Source: Lophium mytilinum
Taxonomy: Eukaryota
DNA: 64,000 nt
Reading direction: 5' to 3'
Assembly: GCA_010093605.1 (NCBI GenBank)
Contig: MU004200.1
Span: 310,001 to 374,000 of the forward strand
The notes under the pieces are model-generated. The model saw only the letters and a list, made by a program, of their open reading frames with translations, was not told where the DNA came from and searched no databases. The position numbers and the translations under genes are program-made. This document shows positions 1 through 12,345 of this stretch, one piece after another; the first letter of the stretch is position 1, and the number at the start of each line of letters is the position of its first letter.

Positions 1-169
1 GACAATTCTCTAATTTGGGACTCGAATGTTCCAAGGTCGTCTAGGTACTCGAAATTCACAGGCAGCAGCGCCTCCAGGCACCAACATTAGCGAGGAGTAT
101 ATCGCAGCTATTGCCACAGAATTCGAGGAACACTTACCCTAGAAGAAGTCTGCCGTGGATTGTCTCATA

Positions 170-958
170 ATGTCTTCGAGCTCTCGTGTCTTTGCTATTC
201 CCGAGCTCTTCGAGCTTATTCTTCTTCAGCTACCGATGCGCGATCTCCTCCTAGCCTCACAGATCAGCAAGGCATTCCATGCTACCATCACCACATCACC
301 AGCTCTCCAATCTGCCCTTTTCTTACGCCCTATGAGTACTTTTCCGCCTCGACAGGATGTTTCAGAGTTCCAGATAAACCCCCTCCTCGACGTCACCTTT
401 CCAGGCTTCCTATCCGACGCCCCTAATATACCGGCAGAAGAATGGGACCTACACTTCAACCACTTCCCCAACCCCCCAGCACCCAACGACGGCTCTAGTA
501 CCGCACTCTACTTCCGTAGCGCATGGAGCCTCCAGCCCGAAGCCTTCGCCCGCAAAGAAGCAAGCTGGCGCCGCATGCTGGTCTGCCAGCCACCAGTTCG
601 GCGACTGACACTGCTCAACCAGTCCAGCGGACAGTTCGGAACCTTAGTGGATAAGGGCTCACTTGACATCGAAGAGGGAGAGGGGCTCCGCATGCGCACC
701 TTGGCGGACTATCTCTACGGAAACGTGGCTACGCTCCCGGTCTTCCGGCCGACTTTCTCGACGCGGGTGGGCTGGGGTGAGGTCGAGTACGATGAAGCGG
801 CGTACAAAGAGCAGCGCAGACTCACGCTGTGGCTGCAGGTGAACCGCTACACCAGCTGCGTGGTGCGTTTCGAGAAGAAGTTGGATCTGTATCGCAGCGA
901 GGGATACGAGAAGGTGGACATTCCTGTTGTTCAAACACGGAGGGCGAGCGCTGAGTGA
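170..958 (+). CDS. F-box domain protein (fungal family)
   Basis: Intronless ORF from ATG 170. N-terminus VFAIPELFELILLQLPMRDLLLASQISKAF...SPALQSALF, plus the later NPLL and ASWRRML..QPP motifs, is typical of expanded fungal F-box proteins. Confidence 0.85.
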   Translation: MSSSSRVFAIPELFELILLQLPMRDLLLASQISKAFHATITTSPALQSALFLRPMSTFPPRQDVSEFQINPLLDVTFPGFLSDAPNIPAEEWDLHFNHFPNPPAPNDGSSTALYFRSAWSLQPEAFARKEASWRRMLVCQPPVRRLTLLNQSSGQFGTLVDKGSLDIEEGEGLRMRTLADYLYGNVATLPVFRPTFSTRVGWGEVEYDEAAYKEQRRLTLWLQVNRYTSCVVRFEKKLDLYRSEGYEKVDIPVVQTRRASAE

Positions 959-1246
959 GGCGACATGACGACTTCTTGAAGCGCGTAGCTCACTCGTTCT
1001 GTAGACGCGAGGACTTTGTGCCTTTTTGGACGACTGCTTACAGAGGTATATCTGCCCAAGACGAGAGCCCGAGCCTTTTCGATTAGTTGCCAACTTGTCT
1101 CGCCAGGCCGTGTCTGGATACCAGAACGAATTGCATTCGGTTCGAGGAAGTTGGGCTTGATTTGAGTGGCTACATTGAGCGACTTGCTGGGTCTTTGCCT
1201 ATTTTCAGAGATTTAAGTCAGATTAGCGCCGCTGTGCCTGGTTCAA

Positions 1247-1516
1247 GGGGCAATAGTTTGGAATGCCAGTATCTTGGCGGTAAACGTTTTACAATGCCAG
1301 GAAACGCCTTAGAGACGCCAGATCGACACGCCTATGCCAATTGAGGCCTGGTAACTAGCTCCTAGGCCCCTTTAAGTATTAGCTCCGTCATCTTATATCT
1401 TAGAGGCGTTTTCAGCCACTACATAACTATATACAGGCCTTAATAGTATTAAGGCTTAATTTCTTATATACTTTATATACCGCACACTACTATTATTATT
1501 ATAATATTTTTTTAGG
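1247..1516 (+). repeat. Left terminal inverted repeat of the MULE (~270 bp)
   Basis: Aligns to the reverse complement of 20875-21147; differences are mostly C>T/G>A. Confidence 0.93.
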
Positions 1517-2318
1517 GTATATATAATTAATAATTTTACCTATTCTTTAATAGTTCTAGTATAGTTTAGTAGTTAGTAGAGCGGTATTAGGTTAGTATCC
1601 AGCCTATAAGAATAAATACTACTAATAATAGCTACTATATCTATAGCTATAATAGATACTAACCCGGCTCTACTATAGATATAAAACCTTTTTATAGGTT
1701 TAATTCCTAGTAAAATTACTTTCTTTTTACTTCTTACCTTTTAGTAAAAGATAGCGCTAAGTCTAAAGATTATTAAGCTAGAATTTAGTATAATTTAGTA
1801 TAGAAATTAATAAAGTTATAAATTTTTAAATAAAAGTATAAAAATAGTAAGTAAGAATACTTAGCGGTAATAGATTTTAATAGGGGAATAAATAAGTAGG
1901 GTAGTATTAAGTTTCTATATAATCTAATTAGCTTGCTAAGTAGAACTAACCTAATTAGGTAGTTAGTAATAGCCTCTAAATTAGGCTTAGAATACAGCCG
2001 GCATTCTACTAGTAGAAGTAGTTAATATAATTAATTAAAAATTAACTAAAAATATATAAAAAGTAACTAATAAAGGCCTATATACTAAATAAAGGGAAAA
2101 TAGGCCTAGAGAATATAAAAAAGGGCCTAAATCCCCTATAGAAGTATTAAAATATATTAAATAGTTATATATTCTCTATATATCTATTTATTTTATTTAT
2201 TATAACCTCTTAGGCTATATACTAAGCACGCCTAGCTCTCTACTCTTATAGAGCTATAGCTATTACCCGCACGCTACTAATTATACTATACTAGACCTTT
2301 AAGTATCTTTCTAGGTAG

Positions 2319-2537
2319 TATTATAGCTATAATATAACCTTTATTATAATATATTTTTAATATATATAATAGTATTATATACTCTCTAGTATATAATTAC
2401 TATTATATAACTAGGCTTAGCGCCAGCCTTATCTACCTCTTAGCCGGCGCTCCGCGCCCTTCTCTCTCTCTTATAGCTACTTTATCTATATATACTAATA
2501 TTAGGTCTTCTTTATAATCTACTATTATACTATAATA
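2319..2537 (+). repeat. 5' LTR of Gypsy #1
   Basis: TATTATAGC...TATAATA (RIP form of TG...CA); direct repeat of 10387-10605 differing only by transitions. Confidence 0.95.
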
Positions 2538-5500
2538 TAAAGTAGCTACTCTTCTAGCTTCTAAAAGTTTCTAGAAGTACTTTCTTTTTACCTATCTATC
2601 TACTAACACCGGCAACCCTATAATTAACTAAGTAGCTATCTTAATAGGCTAAAATTTTAATATATAAATTTAATACTCTCTATATTAATATAGAGAGAGT
2701 TAAAAGAAGGTTTTATAACCTTATAATAAGAACTCTATATACCCCGCCTACTATAGTTAGCGCGTAGGCCCTATAAATCTACTTACTATTACGCGCAACT
2801 AACTAATATAAGTATAGTTACTTTCTAATAATAGAGTAAAAACTATATATACTCTATTAGTAATAGGCTAGTATATAGACTCTATATACCTACTTACTAC
2901 TATTATACGTAACTAACTAGTCTATATATAGTTATCCTATTTTTATTTACTAATTAAAAGTAGCTACTAAGAATAGAGCTAGCTATCTAGCGCTCTAGCT
3001 ACGCCTACTTCTAAATTTTTATAGAGAACCTATACCCTCTACCTTATAATAACCTTCTTCTTTCTTTTAAATAGTTTAATAGCGCTTACTAGTAAAGATA
3101 TATATAACACCCCTATAACTAGCTATACTAAACTATAGTAGAAAAACTCTAACTCTATATAGTATAGCCTTATCTAGCGCGCAGCCTATAGGCTTGCCTT
3201 CTAGTAGTAACTCTAATAAGTATTTAGTTATTCTTAGTTATACTTCTACTCTCCCTTCTTCTAGCTTATAAGCTACTTAGTCTACTCTTACATTTAATTC
3301 TTAAGAAGCGCATAAGCTTAACTACTAAAAAAAGAAAGCCGCCTATAAGATAGGCGGCGGAGAAGTATTATAATATTAATTAACTATAACCCCGGAAGCT
3401 CTTACTATACGCGCTAAGAAATTTAGTAATCTAGGACTAGATATTTACCTTCTACTAAACTAATTTAGCGCTAACCTACTATAGAGCTAAGCCTATTATA
3501 ATCTAGCTAACTCTACTAAATAGAATACTAATAATAACGCCTATATAAATAAGAATAAAAGTAAAGTTAAAGCTAAAGGTAAAGAAGCCTTTAAGTTATT
3601 TACTAAAATATCTATACCTTAAGCCGTCTAATTTACTAAACCCCTAGTTAACCTAACTACTCTATTCTTCTTCTAAATTCTAATTACCTTAGTAGACTAG
3701 GTTATTACCTCTACTACTAATACTATTATAATTCTAAATATCTACTCTACCTAAGAATAGCCTAATATAGCTAACGCAGGCGCTAGTTCTACTAGAACTA
3801 GCAACTAACTATCTAACTATTAATAGTCCCTCCTTATAGATAATAATAACGGTATAGTCTTTATTATTAACTAAGCTAGTAATAGCTAATCTATTAATAT
3901 TACTATTAATAACGCGGAAGAGCTCTATAATATAGCTTAAGATAAATATATTAGTATTTATACTATACTACTTAACTACTATAAAAAACTAGGCGAGTTG
4001 CATAAAGATATTAGAAATATAGTAGCAGCTATTTAATAGAAAGATAATAAGATTATATAGCTTTAAAAATAATAAGGCGCGTAGAATAGTATTATAATCT
4101 ATAACCTTAAAGACTAAGCTAGTAAACTCTATTATTAAGTAGCTAAGATATATACTAACGCTAAGAACTTTACTAATAAACGCGATAGTCTTACTAAGTA
4201 GCTAGAAGATAAGCGTAAAAAGACTACTACTTAGACTATTCTTAACGCTAAGCTTTATATTAAGGTTAAAGGCCTTACTACTAAAGTAGTAAAGGTTACC
4301 TTCTACTATAATTAATACTAATAGTAGTATAATACCTTCTACGCTTAAGGTATAGAATATAAAAAGAAATATTAATAGGCTATATAATAATAGCTAGAAG
4401 CGCGCTCTTAATAAGATAATACTACTAACTAAGGTAACTATAGCTATATCTCTAATAAAGATAATAATAACCCTTCTAACTATAATTACTTTATCTAACC
4501 TAACTTCTTATATAATCTAAATGCCTAACTTACTACTAGCCTCTACTAGCTCTATACTAAGTTCCGCAACCTTTAGGAGTTTAAAGAATGTAATAATATA
4601 TCTAAGTATAAATTATAGAAAGCTTACGCCTACACTATCTTCTAGAATAAACTCTAAGACTTCTATAATAAGTAAGCTAAGCTTAAGTATATTAAATTAT
4701 ACTGCGTTAAATACGCTAAGAGCGTTATATATAGCTATACTTAATAGAACCGCCCTATAAGTAATAACTTTAAAATAATTAAAGAGATATTTAAAGTAAT
4801 AGACCTATATTTTATAATTAATAATAAAGCTATAGCTATAAATAATAAGCTTTATAGCTAACAGGCGTATATAAAATATAATAAGAAATAGACTATCTTT
4901 CTTCTTTAGTTTTAGAAGATAGTATCTATAGACTCTAATAAGAATATAGACTTTATTAAATAGAAAGGATAGCTTAAGCGCCTTATTACTTCTAAACTTA
5001 GGAATTAGGTCTTTAGAGCCGCTAATAACTATATAAACTAGCTAGAACTTATTACCGCTATTAACCGCGTAGTCTTCTATCTTGCTAGTAAGCGTAAATG
5101 CGCCTATAAGCAGTAATATTCTAATAGCCCTTTCTAGAATAATAGTAATAGCTTAAAATATACTAATAAGCTATTTACTAATAAGTCTAATTATACCTTC
5201 TAATAGAACTTTAACTAGAACTCTAAGATGTACTTATTATATTCTATTATAGATAATAGCTTACGCTGCTAAGACTATAATAGTAATACCCGCCGCATTT
5301 ATCTCCCCCTAGCGGTAACTAAAGTGCTTAGTAAATAGAATAAGAATATCTACTATAACTACCTTAAGATAGAATATTAGGTATTAAACCGCAATCGCCT
5401 CTATATAAAGAATACCCCTCCCTCTAAAAAGATAGTTTAATAATACCTTACCTATTTCTAAAAAGAACTAAATCTTAAGCTCTCTATAATCTACTATATA

Positions 5501-8500
5501 GATAACTCTATATTTAATATTAAGTTTAGTAACGCCCTAGCTACTATTAATTATAATAGCAGTAATAATAACGCCGCATAAGGACACTTCTTAGATAGTA
5601 AGGATTTTCCCTAGGCTTTAACTATAGTTATAGTTAGAGTCTAGTAGAGATTTATCTAAGTATACTAGTTGCCTATATCTATAAGTTAGAGCAACTACCT
5701 TCTAAGCTAGATAAACTCTAGCTCTCTACTTATACTATTAATTCCTCTAAGAAAGTTATATAAGGCAAGTAATTAAACTTTAAGTATAAGATTTATACTA
5801 TAATAAGCGCTATTAATAGCAGGTATCTTATAGATACTAGTTACTTATACCTAGCCTTTATATTATAGATATTTATAAAAGAATATAAGCTTATAACTAT
5901 TATAATTACTAAACTAATACTACTATAACTTACTAATAGTTACTCTATATTAATAGTTACGCATAAAGTATAGATTATACTATCTCTTAGCACTTATATT
6001 AAATACTTATAGTGCTATATTACTAACCTTTAAGGCTATAATATTATTTTTAGTATACTCTAGTTTAAGTACTATAAGCCCTGTTCTATATAGAGAGAAT
6101 ATATACTAGACTTTAACTCTAATTACTATATAAGCAACTATCTATATATAGACGGCTGCTAACGCGTCTAGAGTAATAGCTATAACTAAGATATTACCTA
6201 TAAGAGAAAGAAGCTATATAATAGCGCCCTATATAAAATTATTAACTATTACTAAAAGCTTAGCCTTAATCTAGATAAAGCTAATAACTTCCTTACTAAA
6301 TATTAGAAGCTTACCTATAAAGGTAAGAAAGACACTATTATCTAATTATAGAATAAAGACTTTAATAAACTTAACGCCTATAAGAATAAAGCTATTTAGA
6401 CTATAGCTAATAATTCTACCCTTTACAGGCTTACTAAGCTTAATAATACCTTAGCTAAGAAATAAGCTATATTTATATCTAATCTATTTATAATTAACCT
6501 AGCTAACTATAGAAAGTTCTTTAATAAAATAAATAGGCCTCCCGTTACTAATAAAGAGATTAAGTAGCTTCTTCTAGACTAGCTTTACTACCTCTATAAC
6601 GCCTAGAACCCCTAAGTAGCTAATATATTACTCTCTTATTATAATATAGATTATATAATTAACCTTTAACCTAATAGTAAGCCGCCTATATAGAAAGTCT
6701 ATAGCCTCTCTAGAGACTAAGCCGCTATTATAAAAGTATTTATTAATAAAATGCGCTCTAAAGGCTTTATTTAACTAAGCTTATTTTCCTTTACTACCCT
6801 AACGCTTATTATTAAGAAACCTAGAGGCGGTCTTTATATCTATATAGACTATAGAGGATTAAATAATATTATAATTAAGAGCTATAATATTCCGCCTCTT
6901 ATTAAAGATATATTAGCCCTACTTACTAAAGCTAAATACTATACTAAGCTTAATATTATTAGCGCCTTTAATGCTCTACGCATTAAAGAAGGTAATAAGT
7001 ATAAAATAGCGTTTTTAATAAGATAGGGACTATTTAAATTTATAGTTCTACTATTTAGCTTATATAATGTACCTAGCTTATTTTAAGCTTATATTAATAA
7101 CACGCTATATAAGAATCTTAATAGATACTATATAGCCTATATAGATAATATACTTATCTTTAGTAATAACTTAGAAGAATATAAGAAATATATTATCTCT
7201 ATAGTAATAAGACTAAAAGACGCTAGCCTCTTTCTTAATATTTACAAGTCTAAATTTATAGTCTAGAAAGTTAAGTATCTAGGTATTATTATAGGCGTTA
7301 ACGGCGTTTATATAGACCTATATAAAGTTTAAATAGTACTTAACTAGCCTACCCCTAGAAACCTTAAAAATATTTAAGCCTTTTTAGGTTTCTATAATTT
7401 CTACTATTACTTTATTACTAGGTACTCTAAGTTTACTATACCTCTTTCTATACTTACGTTCTCTACTAAGAAGTTATTTAAGTTCCCTTAGAAGAATAAT
7501 AGAGATAAAGTACACGCGTTTATATATATTAAAGAATACTTTAGAAACGCCCCTTAGCTAGCTCTATAGAATTTAAACTATAAGATATAGGTAGAGTGTA
7601 ACTTCTTAGACTATACTATTACCGCCGTGCTATTATAAGTATAACTAGATAGTACCCTATAACCTATTACTTTTATATTATAAAGAATAATGCTATAGTA
7701 GATTAATTACGCTATCTATAATAAAGAACTACTTACTATTATTCTAGCATTTAAAGACTAGCGCCTAGAGCTTACTAGTTAGGGTTAGAAATATAGTAGT
7801 TCTATTAATATTATCTCTAATTATAAGAATCTTTAGATGTTTATAATAACTAAATAACTTAACCGTTATTAAGCCTAATAGGCTAAGTTTCTAGTAGAAT
7901 TTAACTTTAAAATTACGTATAAGCCCGGTAAGCTTAATAATAAACTAGATCTTCTTATTTAATAACCTAGTAATAAGCCCTCTAAAGGTAACGCTTGCTA
8001 TAAATATTAGAAGCAGGTTATACTTAAGTCTACTAATTATAAGCCTAATATATACTATACTATTAACCTAGCTTATATTCTTATAGATAACGCCCCTAAG
8101 TATACTATTATAGAGCTAGCCTCTATAATATATAACCTTAGTAAGTTTAACTAGCTAGAGAATAATAAAGCCTAACTAGCGGTTATATATACGCGCTAAA
8201 TAAGATTACGCCTAGAGCCGCGCGTAGATAAGATAAAGGATTCTACGCTAGAGCCCTCTATAGAAGATAAGATAAATAATTCTTCTAAGTAAGAATATAG
8301 TTCTAATACTAAGCTATATAATGCGTTAAAACCTGTTCTTACTAGTAACTAGATCTTACGCTATATTAAGAAAGCCTTTTAGGCTAACCCTATTATATAA
8401 GCAGTTAAATATACTAAGCGGCGTAATAAGTAATAACTACTAGCTTAATTCTATTATAACTATTATCTATAAATTAAACTAGATAACTATAATATAATTA

Positions 8501-10386
8501 ATAACTTTCTCTATATTTATAGAAAACTCTATATACTAGCCGTACTAAAATTATATACTATAATTATTTATTCTATATATAAATCTAAACTAGCTAGTTA
8601 TATAGAAATAACCTCTATATATACTAGATTAAGTAACTACTACTACTAGCCTCTTATAACCTCTAATATTAATTAGTACATAGGCGCTTATATAACCTAT
8701 CGCCGCTTAAAGTACTCTAGAGAAGGTAAGTAAGGCCTTCTTTACCTACTACTAATTCCGCATTACTACTAGTATAATATCTTAGTTAATTTTATTAAAC
8801 CTCTACCTATCTATAAATAATAGGGTAGGAAATATAAGTATATTATAGTTATAGTTAATTAACTATCTAAGAAAAGAAAGTTTATCCCGCTTAATTCTAT
8901 AGAAGTTAAGCTAGTTATCTAAGTATTTATTAAATAGGTCTAGTATAAGAAAGGCTATCTATATACTATTATATCTAATTAAGAAGTATAGTTTATATTA
9001 TACTTCTAGAAGCGCCTCTACGCCTGTATTAGTACCTTACCTAAGTTATTCTTATTATTTTACCCTAAAATAGATAGCTAGACTAAGATTACTAATATAG
9101 CATTAAAGTAATACCTATAAGCCTATATTAATTATAAATAAGATAACTAGGTAGACCTTCTACCTATTACTAAATTTAAGGCTAACTGCGCTAAAATAAT
9201 AATAGGCGTATTACTATTTATAGCAACTAAAGACTATAACCCGCGCTCTAAACTTAAGCTAGTAAATAACTTAATTAAACTAAAGGGCCCCTAGAAATTA
9301 CTTTAAGAGAAAGCTAACGCTCTAGCTAAATAAATTAATTAGCTACGTCTCTTCTTATAAAATAAACTTACCTAGATTTAAGTATAATAAGCTTACTATA
9401 TAAATCTAAAGTAGAAGCCTGCGCTAGAGTTTAAGATTAGTAATAAGGTTATACTTAACGCTTATAATATTAAGACGCAACGCCTAAATAAGTTACTTAA
9501 CTATAAATAGCTTAAGCTATATAAGATAATACGCGTTATTAATAATAGCGCCTATAAGCTCGCCCTGCCACGCATAATAAAAGAGCTATTTAATATCTTC
9601 TACCTATAGCTACTCTATAGAGTTACTTATAAGCTACTTAAAGGCTAGATATATAATAAACTAGGTTCTATTAAAGTTAACTAGAAAGGTTTTAAATAAT
9701 AGAATATTAATAATATTATTAACTTATAAATTAATAAAGTAATAGTTAATTCTACTATAGGTAAGAAAAGCCTTCTATAATATAAGATCTAATATACTAG
9801 TTACCCTAACTAGAATACTAAACCTAAGTAGAAATTATATAAAAGTATATTTAACTACCGCGATGTTATAATAGATTACTATTATTAATACCCTTACGCT
9901 GCTAGCCCTTATAAGTCCTTTAAGAAACCTAAGTACTAGAAACCCCTACTAGCTATAATTATACTAAGACTATAGAAGTAGACGCTTAAACTAGACATTA
10001 TTAAAGCCGACTAGCGCTAGCTAGCCGAGTAATTACTAACTCTATTAGAAGACGCTAACCTAGTAGACTATAAGGTAATAGATAATATAAAGATTTATAA
10101 GTTTAACTTCTATACTAATTTATATTACGCCTATATAGTATCTACGGTTTATAATACTATATAAAAGACTAATTAGTTATAAAGAATTATAGTAAGACTA
10201 TATAATTATAGTAAGACTATATAACTATAGTAATACTGCGTAATTAATAAAAGTATTAATTAAAGGACTACTTATAAAAAGTAATTAATTATAGAAGAAC
10301 TACTTATATATAGTAAGTATAAAATAGAAAGGCTAATATATAATAAAAGAAGCTCTATATATAGTTTCTTTTTAGAGGGGGGGTAG

Positions 10387-10605
10387 TATTATAGCTATAA
10401 TATAACCTCTATTATAATATATTTCTAATATATATAATAGTATTATATACCCTCTAGTATATAATTACTATTATATAACTAGGCTTAGCGCTAGCCTTAC
10501 CTACCTCTTAGCTAGCGCTCCGCGCCCTTCTCTCTCTCTTATAGCTACTTTATCTATATATACTAATATTAGGTCTTCTCTATAATCTACTATTATACTA
10601 TAATA
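10387..10605 (+). repeat. 3' LTR of Gypsy #1
   Basis: Direct repeat of 2319-2537, preceded by the polypurine tract AGAGGGGGGG. Confidence 0.95.
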
Positions 10606-11601
10606 GGCGGCGCTAGGCAGGTATTTAATAGAATAATATTCTTAATTCTTACTAGCTAAGAATAGTATTTAACTAGGCTGCCCGGCACGCGTGCGGGCCT
10701 ATAGGAGCTTAGCTATAAAGCTATTTAATAGAATAATTATACCTATCTATCTACTTTCTACCTAAAGGCGCTAATAATAGTAATAGTATAGTAGTAAGAA
10801 AAGTTATAATTCTAGAATTCTTTATATATATAATTATATAGGTTAAGGCATACTATATAAATCTTTACTATATAGTAGTAGAGAATATATACTAAAAGAG
10901 AGGCGCTGCCTAGATTAGTAAATATATTTATATAATAGTAGTATACTAAGCCCTTCTTTTATATCTAGATATAGAGCTTCTAGCTACGCTATAAGAAGTG
11001 CTTAAAGCTATTAAAATTAAGCGGGCGCTTAATAAGGTTCTTAAGCTTTATAACTTTAAGAAAGCGCTTAGCGCGCGTTATAATATATTAGTGCTAGATA
11101 AAGTTAATAAGTAAAAGTATTAACTTTAAGCGCTTATTATAGATAATCTTATTAAAGGACTTACTTACGCTACTAGTAATCTACCTAAAGCGCCTAGCTA
11201 GATAGTCTCTTAATAGCTACTTTCTAGAGTTCTAGGTAAGTATATAGGCTATAGCGCCTATATTATAAATAGCTATTTTAGCTATATACTACTAAAATAA
11301 TATATTATTAGTATATTAAGTAACTATATAGAATAGGTATAAGTAGGTAACTCTATAGGCCTTTTTAATATTCTCTATAAGGTGCTAGCAATAGTATATA
11401 GTATAGTAGGCTAGAAAGTAAATTATAATAGTATTAATTAGGCCTTTATTATAATTACTATAAAAAAAATAGTATAAGTAGATGGATTTTTAAATAATTA
11501 ATTATAGAGAATAGCGTAGTTAATAGAGACTATAAAAATAGGCGTAGAAATTAACTATAGCGTTAAAAAGTATATAGAAGGAAATTAAGAGGTATAGATA
11601 C

Positions 11602-11823
11602 TATTATAGTATAAACCTAGAATTATAATAATTACGTACTAAGGTTACATGCCGCCCCTTATATAATCTAAGCGAGACGCTAGCCTAAGGCGCTAGGCCG
11701 TGGCCCGTGCGCCGGCGTTAAACTACAACCTCTTAAGAGCTCCTAGCTCTCTCTCTTCTTCTTAGCTTAGATTTTTATAATAGTTAATATACCTTATTAC
11801 TTATATTATATTAGCCCCCTATA
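11602..11823 (+). repeat. 5' LTR of Gypsy #2
   Basis: Direct repeat of 19115-19336; transitions only. Confidence 0.95.
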
Positions 11824-12280
11824 TAATCTAAGCTTACTCTTCTATACTTAGAATCTTATTAATTTTTTCTAGAACTCTATTATAAGATCTAGGCGTTTTT
11901 ACTAAAACTAATTAAATACCCTTCTACCGGCCTAGCTGTATAGCTATACGCGGCACCTAAATCTAACCTAGTAGACTATAATCTAGTACTGCCTTCTTTA
12001 AATAAGCTAGTTAATCTAATAGCTAGACTTTAAGATAATCTAAAGACTCTAGGCGCTATAAGTAGCGCTAACCTAAATACTTTAGAATATACTTCTATAA
12101 CCCTATTAACCGCTAGTAATAAGAAAGCCCGCTATACTACGCGCCTTACGCGCTTTTAAGGCGCAGTAAAAGGCTCTTCTATTCTAGCTATTATTCCTAG
12201 CTTCTAGTATAGAACTAGAGAACTAATTCTAAATATCTAAGAAGAAACCTAAGCCTTCTTATAGACTATAGATAATACTT

Positions 12281-12345
12281 AGCGCGCTAATACCTAGCGC
12301 GCTAATACCTAGCGTACTAACGCCCAGCGCGCTAATATCTAGCGC
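12281..12345 (+). repeat. 15-bp minisatellite (AGCGCGCTAATACCT, about 4 copies) in the gag region of Gypsy #2
   Basis: Four tandem units visible; the period is a multiple of 3, so probably a coding pentapeptide repeat. Confidence 0.85.

Larger units (their letters stand above)
2319..10605 (+). mobile_element. Gypsy/Ty3 chromovirus LTR retrotransposon #1 (full length, RIP-inactivated)
   Basis: 219-bp LTR pair. TSD GGTAG (2314-2318) / GGCGG (10606-10610), the same site after RIP. G-rich PPT before 10387. De-RIP motifs in Gypsy order: protease DTG (~5833), RT Y(M/I)DDILIFS (7138-7164), RNase H YDKELLA...W, integrase HPETDGQTE (~9061) and chromodomain (~9700-9840). Confidence 0.95.

Noticed and set aside
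4521..4760. Short ORFs inside the AT-rich block (4521-4760 and 13384-13629)
   Set aside because: Stop-free remnants of RIP-mutated gag regions, not functional genes.
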